Numbered from the whole stretch's first letter, positions 53,199 through 63,747 are shown. The stretch is 63,857 nt of DNA, filler included, from an uncultured Gemmatimonadota bacterium (GCA_964490075.1; 6 parts of 6 records of this genome joined end to end with filler, not necessarily neighbours in it); one strand, 5' to 3'. Program-made: numbers and translations. Notes: a model not told the origin generated them from the sequence alone.

Positions 53199-53597
53199 AT
53201 GGTCATGACCGATCCGATTGCGGACATGCTGACCCGCATCCGCAACGCCAATCGAGCCGGGCATCGCAGATTGTCGATGCCCTGCTCCAACATGAAGCTC
53301 GCGATCGCGAAGATCCTCCGGGACGAAGGCTACATTCGCGAGTTCGAGAAGCACGAGGACACCAAGCAAGGCGTTCTGAAGATGTGGTTGAAGTACGACG
53401 CCGAAGGAGCGCCGGCGCTCGCCGGGCTGAAACGGATCAGCCGCCCCGGTCTGCGTCGCTATGTCTCCGGATCCGAGCTGCCCCGCGTGCTCGGCGGCCT
53501 CGGAGTGGCCGTCATGTCGACCTCGCGCGGCGTGATCACCGGCAAGGCGGCGCGCCAGGCCGGAGTCGGCGGCGAGGTGCTCTGCTACATCTGGTAG
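53199..53597 (+). CDS. rpsH: 30S ribosomal protein S8
   Basis: TDPIADMLTRIRNA, SRPGLRRY, GGEVLCYIW. Confidence 0.98.
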   Translation: MVMTDPIADMLTRIRNANRAGHRRLSMPCSNMKLAIAKILRDEGYIREFEKHEDTKQGVLKMWLKYDAEGAPALAGLKRISRPGLRRYVSGSELPRVLGGLGVAVMSTSRGVITGKAARQAGVGGEVLCYIW

Positions 53598-53655
53598 CCG
53601 AGAAAGGCGTGAGCCGGCCGGCCGACGACCGGCGGCGGATCGCCGCGAGGCGTCG

Positions 53656-53685
53656 TTGACTGAGGGCGCCCGAATCTGATATACA
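53656..53685 (+). promoter_or_regulatory. Possible internal sigma70 promoter between rpsH and rplF
   Basis: TTGACT, 18 bp spacer, TATACA with TGn extension, in an AT-richer 139-bp gap. The -10 match is imperfect. Confidence 0.45.
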
Positions 53686-53736
53686 AGGGTTTTCCCTTGC
53701 GCAAATGGGGTACTACGCCCCAAGGCGGAGGTCGCT

Positions 53737-54273
53737 GTGTCTCGAATTGGGCGAAAGCCGATTCCGATTCCCAAGGGCGTCGAAGTGCGCCTGGATGACC
53801 GACATCTGTCGGTGAAGGGGCCCAAGGGCCTCCTCGAGCTGGATGTTCGGCGAGAGATGTCGCTCGAGATCGGCGACGATCAGATCGTGATCTCGCGCGC
53901 CTCCGAAGAGAAGACCGATCGCGCCCTGCACGGTCTGACTCGTTCGCTGGTGGCCAACATGGTGCACGGTGTGACCGAGGGCTTCGAGCGCAAGCTGGAG
54001 ATCGTGGGGGTCGGCTATCGCGCCGAGAAGCCCCAGGGCAAAGAGTTTCGGCTGGCACTCGGCTTCTCGCACCCGGTCGTCTACCAGATCCCCGACGGGA
54101 TCGAGATCGAGGTTCCGAAGCCGGTGGCGATCGTGGTTCGCGGCATCGACAAGCAGCTCGTGGGCCAGGTCGCGGCCGACATCCGCCGGTTCCGGCCGCC
54201 GGAGCCCTACAAGGGCAAGGGCGTTCGCTACCTGGGCGAGCACATCCATCGCAAGGCCGGCAAGGCCGGTTGA
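53737..54273 (+). CDS. rplF: 50S ribosomal protein L6
   Basis: [26 protein letters not shown]. Confidence 0.98.
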   Translation: MSRIGRKPIPIPKGVEVRLDDRHLSVKGPKGLLELDVRREMSLEIGDDQIVISRASEEKTDRALHGLTRSLVANMVHGVTEGFERKLEIVGVGYRAEKPQGKEFRLALGFSHPVVYQIPDGIEIEVPKPVAIVVRGIDKQLVGQVAADIRRFRPPEPYKGKGVRYLGEHIHRKAGKAG

Positions 54274-54319
54274 TCGCTCAGGCGGGGGCGGCCCCCGCAT
54301 CGAACGGAGCTGTTCCACC

Positions 54320-54691
54320 ATGAAGGTGATTCGAAAAAGGACCGCACCGATGACTGCCGCGCGCTATCGGCGGCATCGCTCGGTGCGGCGCAAGCTGCAC
54401 GGCACCGCGGAGCAACCACGACTGGTGGTGTTTCGCAGCCTGAAGCACATCTATGCGCAGGTGGTCGACGACGCACGCGGCCACACGATCGCTTCCGCCT
54501 CGACCGCCGAAGCCGGCTTCGATGTTGGCGAAGGCAAGGTCGGCGCTTCAAAGAAGATCGGTGCGTTGGTGGCGGAGCGAGCGATCGCTTCCGGAGTGAA
54601 GACGATCCGCTTCGATCGCAACGGATACCTCTATCATGGCCGCGTTCGCGCTCTCGCCGAGGCGGCCCGGGAGACGGGCCTTGAGTTCTGA
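54320..54691 (+). CDS. rplR: 50S ribosomal protein L18
   Basis: [31 protein letters not shown]. Confidence 0.98.
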   Translation: MKVIRKRTAPMTAARYRRHRSVRRKLHGTAEQPRLVVFRSLKHIYAQVVDDARGHTIASASTAEAGFDVGEGKVGASKKIGALVAERAIASGVKTIRFDRNGYLYHGRVRALAEAARETGLEF

Positions 54692-55229
54692 TCGCAGAGG
54701 GCGGGGCCGAGAGCGCCGCACCGAGGAAGTGCCCGAGTTTGCCGACCGAGTAATCGGCATGAACCGCGTGGCCAAGGTGGTCAAGGGCGGGCGCAACTTC
54801 AGCTGGAATGCGCTGGTGGCCGTTGGCGACCAGAAAGGTCGGGTCGGAGTCGGCCTCGGTAAGGCCAACGAGATCGCCGAGGCGATTCGCAAGGCCCACG
54901 AGATCGCCCGCCGCGGCATGGTGGAGATCCCGATCCAGAAAGGCACGATCCCCCACCAGATGGTCGGCAAGTTCGGCGCCAGCCGCGTGCTGCTCAAGCC
55001 GGCCGCTCCGGGCACCGGGGTGATCGCGGGCGGCGCGGTGCGAGCGATCCTCGAGATGGCGGGGGTTTCCGACATCCTCACCAAGAGCTACGGCTCGCGC
55101 AACGCGCACAACGTGGTGAAGGCGACCATGCAGGGACTGACCTCGCTGCAGACCGCGGCCTCCGTGGCCACCCGGCGGGGCATCGGTGTGCGCCAGGTGT
55201 TCGGCGCCGGAGCGGAGTCCACGTCATGA
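54681..55229 (+). CDS. rpsE: 30S ribosomal protein S5
   Basis: [22 protein letters not shown]. The start is TTG 54681 (GGGAG upstream) or GTG 54729. Confidence 0.95.
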   Translation: MSSDRRGRGRERRTEEVPEFADRVIGMNRVAKVVKGGRNFSWNALVAVGDQKGRVGVGLGKANEIAEAIRKAHEIARRGMVEIPIQKGTIPHQMVGKFGASRVLLKPAAPGTGVIAGGAVRAILEMAGVSDILTKSYGSRNAHNVVKATMQGLTSLQTAASVATRRGIGVRQVFGAGAESTS

Positions 55230-55408
55230 GCAAGCTCCGTATCACGCAGAAACGCAGCGCGATCGGTCGCCACTTCACGCAGAAGCGCACGGCTCGTGCG
55301 TTGGGGATTCGGCGTCTCCACCAGACGGTCGAGCACGAGGACACGCCGAGCATTCGCGGCATGGTCAACAAGATCAGCCACCTGCTCGAGGTGGAGCGGG
55401 TCGGCTGA
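55226..55408 (+). CDS. rpmD: 50S ribosomal protein L30
   Basis: [27 protein letters not shown]. Confidence 0.97.
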   Translation: MSKLRITQKRSAIGRHFTQKRTARALGIRRLHQTVEHEDTPSIRGMVNKISHLLEVERVG

Positions 55409-55432
55409 GGTCGACCGCTCGAGGAGATGGCA

Positions 55433-55870
55433 ATGAACCTGGCAGAACTGACACCCGCAGAAGGCGCGATCAAGAAGCGCAAGCGCGCCGGACGTGGTCA
55501 CGCCGCCGGGCGCGGCAAGACCTGTGGCCGCGGCCACAAAGGCATGGGCGCGCGCGCCGGCAGCAAGCAATACGTCGGCTTCGAGGGCGGCCAGATGCCG
55601 CTCCAGCGCCGGGTGCCGAAGCGCGGCTTCCACAACCGCTTCCGCACCGAGTACCGGGTCGTGAACGTGGGCGACATCGCCGCCCTGGAAGCCGACGAGA
55701 TCAATCCCGAGGTGCTGCGCGCAGCCGGGCTGATCAAGGGCCGCGGTCCGATCAAGATCCTGGGGCAGGGTGAGATCTCACGCGTGCTGCGGGTCACGGC
55801 GCACGCGTTCTCCAAGTCGGCCGCCGAGAAGATCAGCGGTGCCGGAGGAAGCACCGAGGTCATGCAATGA
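55433..55870 (+). CDS. rplO: 50S ribosomal protein L15
   Basis: [25 protein letters not shown]. Confidence 0.97.
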   Translation: MNLAELTPAEGAIKKRKRAGRGHAAGRGKTCGRGHKGMGARAGSKQYVGFEGGQMPLQRRVPKRGFHNRFRTEYRVVNVGDIAALEADEINPEVLRAAGLIKGRGPIKILGQGEISRVLRVTAHAFSKSAAEKISGAGGSTEVMQ

Positions 55871-56414
55871 TCGGCAGCTTCCGGGACATGTTCAAGATTC
55901 CGGAGCTCCGGTCGCGCATCGGATTTACCGTTGCGCTGCTGATCGTGTACCGCGTCGGCGGCCACGTGCTGCTGCCTGGCGTGAACCAGTCGGTCATCCA
56001 GCAGTTCTTCGATCAGCAGGCCGGCAACATGTTCAAGATGTACGACATGTTCGCCGGTGGAAATCTGTCGCGAGCGTCGATCTTCGCGCTCGGCATCATG
56101 CCCTACATCAGCGCTTCGATCATCATGCAGATCGCCACCGCGGTGGTTCCATATTTCGAGAAGCTGCAGAAGGAAGGGGACCACGGGCGCAAGCGGATCG
56201 ACCAGCTCACCCGCTACGGCACGGTGCTGCTGGGATTGGTCCAGTCGGCGGGGATCTCGCGCTCGCTGCCGGCGATGCTCGGGCAAGACGCCATCACCAT
56301 GAACCCCAACGCGTTCATGCTGCTGTCGATGCTTACTCTGACCTCGGGCACGATCTTCGTGATGTGGCTCGGCGAGCAGATCACCGAGCGCGGCATCGGC
56401 AACGGCATCTCGCT
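55867..56414 (+). CDS. secY: Preprotein translocase SecY (3' truncated)
   Basis: [33 protein letters not shown]. Confidence 0.98.
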
Positions 56415-56514
56415 NNNNNNNNNNNNNNNNNNNNNNNNNNNNNNNNNNNNNNNNNNNNTTAATTAATTAANNNNNNNNNNNNNNNNNNNNNNNNNNNNNN
56501 NNNNNNNNNNNNNN

Positions 56515-56715
56515 CCGCGGACGACCGCGGAGCGACCAAAGCCCCCCGCTGACCCGACTCAGCCCGCACGAACGACCGCAGCTCGACCAACAACACCCGC
56601 TGACCCGGCTCAGCCGCCACGAACGACCGCGGAGCGACCAAAGCCGCCCGCTGACCAGACTCAGCCCGCACGAACGACCGCACGAGAGCCGGAATCAGCG
56701 CCTGACTCAATTCAT
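56515..56715. repeat. 51-bp tandem repeat array with CTGA-N6-TCAG core, running into the contig end
   Basis: ACGACCGC at 56521/56572/56623/56674. CTGA-N6-TCAG at 56549/56600/56651 and a degenerate copy at 56702. Confidence 0.9.
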
Positions 56716-56755
56716 CCGCCGCGCGTGGCCGCGAAAAGACCGGATTACGCCCCTA

Positions 56756-56816
56756 CCCTTGCCCCTGCCCGACTCCGTTGCCCGATCCGGGCAAAGGAGT
56801 CGGGCAGGGGCAAGGG
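56756..56816. repeat. Long hairpin (21-bp perfect arms plus 6-bp inner stem)
   Basis: CCCTTGCCCCTGCCCGACTCC-g-TTGCCC-gatcc-GGGCAA-a-GGAGTCGGGCAGGGGCAAGGG, flanked by GGGCAT-type hexamers. Confidence 0.85.
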
Positions 56817-56959
56817 CATGGGCATGGGCACGCGAAGAAGCGCCGTCGAGACCGCCCCCCCAAGCCGCGCATGGAGCCCCGAAGGCCCGCGAACTCCCGC
56901 TGGGCCCGCGCTTCTTCGCGAAGTGCGTCGCTCGAGAAGCGCTATATCGAAACGCCAGC

Positions 56960-58505
56960 TGCACCGTGATCGCCTTGCCGTTCAGCGAGATCGCATGCTC
57001 CGCGTAGGTCCCGGGCGCGACCACCCCCCGCTCGCCCGGCTGCGCGGCATCGATGCCGTCCTGCACCCTGCTGAAGTCCTCGGGAATGTGTATCGTTCCG
57101 TCGGTGGGCCGCACCGCCACCTCGAAGGCGTCCGCGGCGCGCAGGCTGTCCGACCGGTAGGCGGCCACCGTGGTGAGGCTGGCCCCGACCGCGAAGGGCA
57201 CCGGCTCCGTGACCAGCCAGAAAAGAGTGTCGCCCGGCGCCAGGTGGAGCTCGGGCCCGGAGTGGATCGGCCTGGACGTGCCTCCAAGCCACGCCATGTC
57301 GAGGATCAGAGAATCCAGCGAGGTGTGCCCGGGGCCCGGATTGACGACCCGTACGGGAACGCCCAACGTGTCACCTTCGAAGAGCTCGCCTGGCTCTTCC
57401 AGACTAGCGACCAGCATCTGGGGAGCGGCCTCGTCGAGGCCTATGTCGGGCGCGAATCCAAGGGGACGAGGGTCGCCGTAGAAATCGACCGCGGCACTGC
57501 CGGCCGGCATTCCCGCATCCACGCAGAGCGAACCTTCCGAGAGATGGTAGTCGCCCATGGCCGCATTCACGAAGTGCGGATCGACCGCGATGTTCCCGGC
57601 CCCTTCCCAGCCTCCCTCGATGTCGCAGTGACTGAGGGTCGGCATGGCCCGCTCGATCCGGAGCTGATCGGAGAGGTTGGCCCACAAGATCGAGCTGGCG
57701 ATCAGCGAAGCCGAGGAGTTGGTGAAGAACAGGCCGCCGGCGCGGTTGTCGGCGATCCCGCAGTTGACCAGGCGTGGCGCATCAGCGCCGAAACCTCCGG
57801 CGCCGACGGCGATGCCCCCACCACGCCCCTCTGCTCGGTTGTCGCGGATCACACATTTTTCGAGGAGCGGATTCGACTCCTGGGCGACGAGCGCTCCGCC
57901 GCCGTCGACGGCGGCGCTGTTGTCGGCCACCAGGCAACCGACCAGAGTTGGGCTCGATCCGAAGTCACGGTACAGACCCCCTCCCCTGCCAGCTTCGTTG
58001 CCGACGATTCGGCGGCTGTGCAGCCGCGGATTGGAGGAGTCCTCGCAGTAGCTGCCTCCGGCAGGGCCCGGATGCGCGGTTGCGAACGATGTCGCAACGC
58101 TCGAGAAGCGGGTGCGCCAACTGGCATTGGAGGCCCGCGCCGATCACGCTCTCGTTGCGCGTGAAGAGGCAACGGCGAAAGGTCGGTGCCGCGGAGGATG
58201 TGCAGAAGGCACCAGATCCGAAGTTGTCGGCGACAAGACAACCGACGATGGTCGGAGATGCCGCTCCACAGCAGAGCCCCGCGCCCTAGCCCTCGAGGTT
58301 GTTCTTGATCCAGCAGCTCACGATCAAAGGGGCGGAAGACTCGGTGCAAGTGATGCCGCCGGCTGCCGCATCGGGCCAGTAGTCGCCAGCACCGCCCACG
58401 ATGGTCAGACCGGCGAGCACGCTGCTCGGTCCCTCCTGGCCGCGGAACATGATCAGCGCTCCGAGCGCCGCCGGGCGCAGCGCCAATGTGTCACCTGCCC
58501 GGGCA
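56960..58505 (-). pseudogene. Degraded parallel beta-helix repeat protein (family of the 2..2284 gene)
   Basis: No start or signal peptide, in-frame TAG at 58286-58288, frameshift near 58064, second module broken after SLNGKAITV. Retains GGGxxC..SP repeats and DYHLSEGSLCVDAG...PDIG. Confidence 0.8.
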
Positions 58506-58518
58506 TGCGTGGGGTGCT

Positions 58519-59673
58519 TTACTCCTTGAAGAAAGACCACACTTCGTCGCTGGTTATCACATCGATCGGCGAGACGTCCAGATCGGCCCCCCGCACGCGC
58601 CAGTAGATCCGCTGATCCGGGAGTCTGTTCCAGGCCGAGAGCGGGGGCGTCCAGCTCGTGTCGTGGATCAGCTCGCTCAGATCTTCATAGCTCGACCAGT
58701 AGCTGGCAAATGTCGGAGTCAAGCTCGCGTCCACCGCGAATACATTGTCGCCACCACCATTCGGGACCCATGAAAAGGTGGGCGGCGAGCCCAAAGTGGT
58801 CTGGTCTTCGGGGTAGAGCAGGTGAACTTGCGTCAGCTCGGTCGATTCGAGCCGGCATGTGGTGACGCCGTAGATCCCCCATGGTTGACCGTAAGAAATC
58901 TGGGCGAACTCGTACCAGTGGATCGAGTGGTCCCAGGTGTTGAGACAGGCGTACATCCGGGTGCTTCCCTGCTCTCCGTAGCCGATCGCGGTGATGAAAT
59001 GGTCGGTTCCTCCGTTGCCATCGGTATCCACCAGGAACACCGAGGGGCGGCCGGCGTCGATCTCCGCGCAGAGGGCGGACCAGGGGAAGCTGCCCCACAT
59101 GAGATTCTGTACCGTCGCGTCGTAGTGAGGCGTGGCGAATTCGACATAGCCGGAGAGCGCGTTGTCGACGTCGGAAAACCAGCTCCACCCCCAGTAGTTG
59201 TTGCGGTAGCTCTGTGAAGTGTCCATGAAGTCGGCGATGCAGTTGTCGGGATGCTCGTCCCCAAAAGGTGGTTCCGACTTGTCGGGCAACATATTTGGTG
59301 AATAGTCGATCGGCAGGCAGTAGTCGTCGTAGTTGCCGGAGCTGGCCATCATGTCGTTGACGGCGGCGGTCTGGGTCTCGGCGCTGCCCGCGACCAGATC
59401 ATCGAAGCCCTGCCCGTCCCAGTAGCCGAGCAGCATGCCCGCGGCGGTCGGGCCGCAGCCGCGGTACCAGTCGTAAGCCGGAACGTCGGGAATGACCACT
59501 TGGTAGTCGAGCGCCTCGGCCGAGACGCCCTCGTCGATCCACTTCGGAGCGATCGGGCCGGAAGTGCTCTGGGCGTCCGACTGGGCCGGCTGCAGCGGCT
59601 CGATCGCGTTTGCGCCCAGCGCAACACCGACGAGGGTCGAGCCGCAGAGAATGAGTCTTTTCGAGGCGTTCAT
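58519..59673 (-). CDS. Secreted papain-like (C39/C10-like) cysteine peptidase with C-terminal beta-sandwich
   Basis: Signal peptide; GCGPTAAGMLLGYW (Cys), DHFITAIGY (His), NTW; C-terminal PTFSW...IYWRVRG. Confidence 0.8.
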   Translation of the reverse strand: MNASKRLILCGSTLVGVALGANAIEPLQPAQSDAQSTSGPIAPKWIDEGVSAEALDYQVVIPDVPAYDWYRGCGPTAAGMLLGYWDGQGFDDLVAGSAETQTAAVNDMMASSGNYDDYCLPIDYSPNMLPDKSEPPFGDEHPDNCIADFMDTSQSYRNNYWGWSWFSDVDNALSGYVEFATPHYDATVQNLMWGSFPWSALCAEIDAGRPSVFLVDTDGNGGTDHFITAIGYGEQGSTRMYACLNTWDHSIHWYEFAQISYGQPWGIYGVTTCRLESTELTQVHLLYPEDQTTLGSPPTFSWVPNGGGDNVFAVDASLTPTFASYWSSYEDLSELIHDTSWTPPLSAWNRLPDQRIYWRVRGADLDVSPIDVITSDEVWSFFKE

Positions 59674-59757
59674 GGATTCTGCTCCGGGGAGGTTCGAGCT
59701 CTCGCAGAGCGCGGCCTCACGCTGCGCTCCCGGTCAGGATAACCGTACTCTGGATTA

Positions 59758-60894
59758 TCAGCCGCGCTTCAGAGCCTCGTGCGGATAATCCTCCATGCGT
59801 CTCTGGAAGCTGAGGATGCGCTTGTTCTGAATCGTCCCCTCACGGATCTCGATCGCCCGTGAAATCGTCTCGTCGCGCTCCCATGCCTCCGGTCCGCCGA
59901 GCACTGTCTCGACATAGGGGAGCAGAGCCCGAGAGAGCTCCCACGAAGCGCTCCGCCACAGATAGCTCGGGGAGTGATCGACGGCGTAGTAGGTCGCGCG
60001 GCCCACTCGGAAAGTAGGCTGCTCGAAGGTGGTGGGGCGGGCGAAGGGGAATCCCATGGCCTCGTCGCAACTCACATCGATGATCAGCGCCCCGGCTCTC
60101 AGACGATCAACGTCGCTCTCACGCAGGAACATGAGGGGACGGTCGGTGTCTTGGAGGATGCCGTTGACGATCACATCGGCGCCGACGAGCACTTCAGACA
60201 ATGCACGACGCGAGCCATCTTCGGCGACCGCGATCAGGGCATCCCCTTCCGAGACCATCTGCGCGTATCGACAGCCGGTGACCCGATCGTGAACCAGGTA
60301 CGGCGGGCGCTGCGTGTAGACCGTGATCTCCTCGAACCCGCGCCCACGCAGAGCGTAGATCGCGCCACGGCTGACCGACCCCAGGCTGATCACGACCGCC
60401 GTCGAAGCCGCACCGTAGTGACCGTCCAGACCGGCGCACGCGAGCGCGTGGATCACGCCGCAGTAGCCCGCCATCTCGTTGTTGCGGTAGAACAGATGTA
60501 GGTCCTTCACCGCCCCGGATTTCCAGAGGAACATCGCCTCCCAGGCCAGCAGGGTGAGGCGCTTGTCGATCGCCGTCTGCGTGATCTCGCGCTGCTGCAC
60601 GCAATGCGGCCAGCCCCAGAGGATGCCTCCCGCGCGCATCTCTTCGAGATCCTGCGCCAAGGGCTTGGGCAGGAGCACGACTCCCGCTTCGCTCATGATC
60701 TCGTCTCGAGTGGCGATCGAGGCCCCCAGTGTGGTGAGCTCCGCGTCGGATGCTCCCAAGGGCTCTCCGTAGCCTCGCTCGAAGCAAATGCGCGCACGGA
60801 TTTCGGCCGGGAGCACGCCGAGGTGGGCGGGATGAAGGGGGAGACGTTGCTCGTTCTCTTTCCGCGAAGTTGCGATGACACCAAGTGTGAGCAC
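59758..60894 (-). CDS. ceo: N5-(carboxyethyl)ornithine synthase (AlaDH/PNT fold)
   Basis: SRKENEQRLPLHP, FERGYG, WGWPHCVQQ, NNEMAGYCGV, IIDVSCDE, YAVDHSPS. Confidence 0.8.
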   Translation of the reverse strand: MLTLGVIATSRKENEQRLPLHPAHLGVLPAEIRARICFERGYGEPLGASDAELTTLGASIATRDEIMSEAGVVLLPKPLAQDLEEMRAGGILWGWPHCVQQREITQTAIDKRLTLLAWEAMFLWKSGAVKDLHLFYRNNEMAGYCGVIHALACAGLDGHYGAASTAVVISLGSVSRGAIYALRGRGFEEITVYTQRPPYLVHDRVTGCRYAQMVSEGDALIAVAEDGSRRALSEVLVGADVIVNGILQDTDRPLMFLRESDVDRLRAGALIIDVSCDEAMGFPFARPTTFEQPTFRVGRATYYAVDHSPSYLWRSASWELSRALLPYVETVLGGPEAWERDETISRAIEIREGTIQNKRILSFQRRMEDYPHEALKRG

Positions 60895-61170
60895 TGATCC
60901 AGTCCTTTCTACGGAAGAGGAGAGTCGACGTGCGACGCATCGGACGCTTTGCTGTGCCCTACCGTACTACACCGGCTCGCCCCCCGTCCCAGAGAGGCCA
61001 TACTCGATCGCTCTCGATCAAGGGATGAGAGACGACTGCGTCGTGCCCGGGCGACCAGAGTCGCGTTTTCCTCCTGAATCGGCGTGCGAGGCTCGCTCGG
61101 CGATGCTACCGTACGCGCTTTCAAAATCCCGAACCGCACTCGCGAGACGCGAGAAACGTGAGAGCGACAG

Positions 61171-63747
61171 ATGTCCCAAGAAAAGCAACGCGAGGATTGG
61201 GTCGGCGCGCAGGAGCAGCGCAGTTACGGCGCGGTGTTCTTCGTGCTCGGCGCCATGGTGGCCTTTCTCAGCCTGTGGTCGATCGTCGACGAGATGTTCG
61301 AGCGGCGCCCCTGGAAAGGGATCCAGTCGGAGTTTTTCGAGCTGGAGGTGTCTCTCGCCGAGGCGGCCCTGGCCAAGGCGAGCGCCGAGCTCGAAGCGCC
61401 CGAGACCGCGAGCACCATCGAGCGGATCGAGTCTGGGCTCGCGGGGCTGGTCGAGCAACGCGCGAGCGGCGACTACCGCGAGGCGAAGCACGAGGTCGAG
61501 GCTCTGGATCTGGAGATCGAGAAGACCACGCGCAAGTACCAGTTCGCCAAGTCGGTATCGGACGAGCAGTACTATTTCTTCAAGCACGCCCAGCGCAGCG
61601 GCGAAGATGCCGCGGCGGAGAAACGCGCGCTCGACGAGACCGAGGCGAAGATGGCCGCGCTGGAGCGCGAGATCGCCGAGCTGAAGAGCGCCAGTGCAAG
61701 GGCCGCGGCCCCGATGACGCGCAGCCTCGCGCAGACCGACAGCCTGGAATCCCTGCTGCGCAAGATCCACACCCCGCGCGCCGACGCGGAACGCGCCCTG
61801 GAGGGCGCGCGCGCCCCGCTGCGTCACGCCATCAAGCAGCACGTGCTGCCGGCCTTCGACGTCAACGAGTTCGGGCAAGAGGTCGCGCGCGTCGAGCGCT
61901 GCGAGACCTGCCACCTGGCCACCAACCGCGCCGGCTTCGAGGAGGCGCCGCAGCCCCACGCCACGCATCCCCACATCGAGGAGCTGCTCGGTCCCCATCC
62001 GCCGGAGCGCTTCGGCTGCACCCCCTGCCACCAGGGCGACGGCGTGGCGCTCGACGACATCCACGACGCCCATGGACACGATCACCACTTCGACAAGCCC
62101 CTGCTCGCGGAGCCGATCATCGAGTCGGCCTGCGCCCGTTGCCACGACGACCAGTTCGAGTTCGACGCCGCCCCCACCCTGACCCGAGGGCGCAAGACCG
62201 TGGAGCACTACGGCTGCACCGGATGCCACAAGATCGAAGGGATGAGCGACCGGCGGGTCGGGCCGCCCTTCCATCACATCGGCGACAAGGTCTTTCCCGA
62301 GTGGCTGCGGCGCTGGATCGACGCTCCCGAGGAGTACCTCGCCAACGTGCGCATGCCGAACTTCCAGCTCGACCGGGAGCAGTCGACCGCCACCGCGGCC
62401 TTCCTTCTGTCGATCTCCAGCCCCTGGGAGGGGACCGAATCGGTCTCGATGGAAGGCGCCGATCCGGAGGCCGGGCGCTGGGTCTTCGAGGAGCGCGGCT
62501 GCCAGGCCTGCCACGCGATCGACGGGGTCGGTGGCGACCACGGTCCCGACCTGTCGAAGGCGGGTGAAAAGCTGCGACCGGAATGGACGGCGGCCTGGAT
62601 CAAGCGCCCGCGCCACTACAACCCCGAGGCCCGCATGCCGGCGCTGCGCCTGTCCGACGAGGAGGCGCGAGACGTGGCCGCCTACGTGAGCTCGCGCGGC
62701 GAGCGGCGCCCCGACGCCGACCTGAGCGAGCGGCTGCGCGACCCCGAGCTGATCGAGCGCGGCGAAGAGCTGGTCGGCAAGTACGGCTGTTTCGGCTGCC
62801 ACCTGATCGAAGGGATGGAGAGCCGCTCGCGAATCGGCGTCGAGCTCAGCGCCTTCGGCTCCAAGGACGAGCATCTGCTCGATTTCGGCGACCGCGAGGA
62901 CGTGCCGCACCGCTGGCGCAACTGGGTCGAGGAGAAGCTGCACGACCCGCGCACCTTCCGCACCGAGCGCATCGATTCGCGCATGCCGGTCTTCCCTTTC
63001 CACGAGGACGAGGAGACGATCGAGTCGGTGGTGGTCTTCCTGGCGTCGCGCAAGGGGCTGCCCGCGCCGGCCGGCTACGGGCGCGAGCTGAGCTCGATCG
63101 AGACCAAGATCGAGCGCGGTCAGATGCTGCTGCGCCGCTACAACTGCCAGGGCTGCCACCTGATCGACGGTGTCGGCGGAGAGATCGGCGAGTACATCAC
63201 CGAGCCCGGCATGGCGCCGCCGATCCTCACCTACGAGGGGGCCAAGGTGCAGCCGGACTGGCTCTTCAACTTCCTCAAGAGCCCCTTCGTCATTCGCCCC
63301 TGGCTCGACGCGCGCATGCCGAGCTTCGATCTGCCCGACGACGAGGCCCAGGCCCTGGTCGACTACTTCGTGGCGCTCGAAGGGCGCGACGGCTCCTACG
63401 TCCACACCAATCCCGCGGCCATCCCGGAGGAGCAGGTGGCGACCGGCGAGCAGTGGTTCACCGCCTTCCAGTGCGTGCAGTGCCACGTCGCCCCCGAGCT
63501 GGCGCCCAACAAGCAGCCTTCCGAGCTGGCGCCCAACCTGGTGCTGGCGAAAGAGCGCTTACAGCCGCGGTGGATCGACGATTGGCTCTGGGATCCGCAG
63601 GAGATGATGCCGGGCACCAAGATGCCGAGCTTCTTCTACTCCGACGGCGACACCCTGATGGAGGACGGCTTCACGATGATCCACCCGATCCGGGACTTCC
63701 TGCAGAGGATCGAGGAGGACGACGTGGCGCGGATCCGCGGGGGCTGA
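61171..63747 (+). CDS. Membrane-anchored multiheme (8 CxxCH) cytochrome c with coiled-coil stalk
   Basis: N-terminal TM helix and heptad region; CETCH, CTPCH, CARCH, CTGCH, CQACH, CFGCH, CQGCH, CVQCH; repeated P...(R/K)MP motifs. Confidence 0.92.
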   Translation: MSQEKQREDWVGAQEQRSYGAVFFVLGAMVAFLSLWSIVDEMFERRPWKGIQSEFFELEVSLAEAALAKASAELEAPETASTIERIESGLAGLVEQRASGDYREAKHEVEALDLEIEKTTRKYQFAKSVSDEQYYFFKHAQRSGEDAAAEKRALDETEAKMAALEREIAELKSASARAAAPMTRSLAQTDSLESLLRKIHTPRADAERALEGARAPLRHAIKQHVLPAFDVNEFGQEVARVERCETCHLATNRAGFEEAPQPHATHPHIEELLGPHPPERFGCTPCHQGDGVALDDIHDAHGHDHHFDKPLLAEPIIESACARCHDDQFEFDAAPTLTRGRKTVEHYGCTGCHKIEGMSDRRVGPPFHHIGDKVFPEWLRRWIDAPEEYLANVRMPNFQLDREQSTATAAFLLSISSPWEGTESVSMEGADPEAGRWVFEERGCQACHAIDGVGGDHGPDLSKAGEKLRPEWTAAWIKRPRHYNPEARMPALRLSDEEARDVAAYVSSRGERRPDADLSERLRDPELIERGEELVGKYGCFGCHLIEGMESRSRIGVELSAFGSKDEHLLDFGDREDVPHRWRNWVEEKLHDPRTFRTERIDSRMPVFPFHEDEETIESVVVFLASRKGLPAPAGYGRELSSIETKIERGQMLLRRYNCQGCHLIDGVGGEIGEYITEPGMAPPILTYEGAKVQPDWLFNFLKSPFVIRPWLDARMPSFDLPDDEAQALVDYFVALEGRDGSYVHTNPAAIPEEQVATGEQWFTAFQCVQCHVAPELAPNKQPSELAPNLVLAKERLQPRWIDDWLWDPQEMMPGTKMPSFFYSDGDTLMEDGFTMIHPIRDFLQRIEEDDVARIRGG

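Noticed and set aside
56515-56715. Possible CRISPR array
   Set aside because: Units are similar along their full length with no unique spacers, and no cas genes are present.
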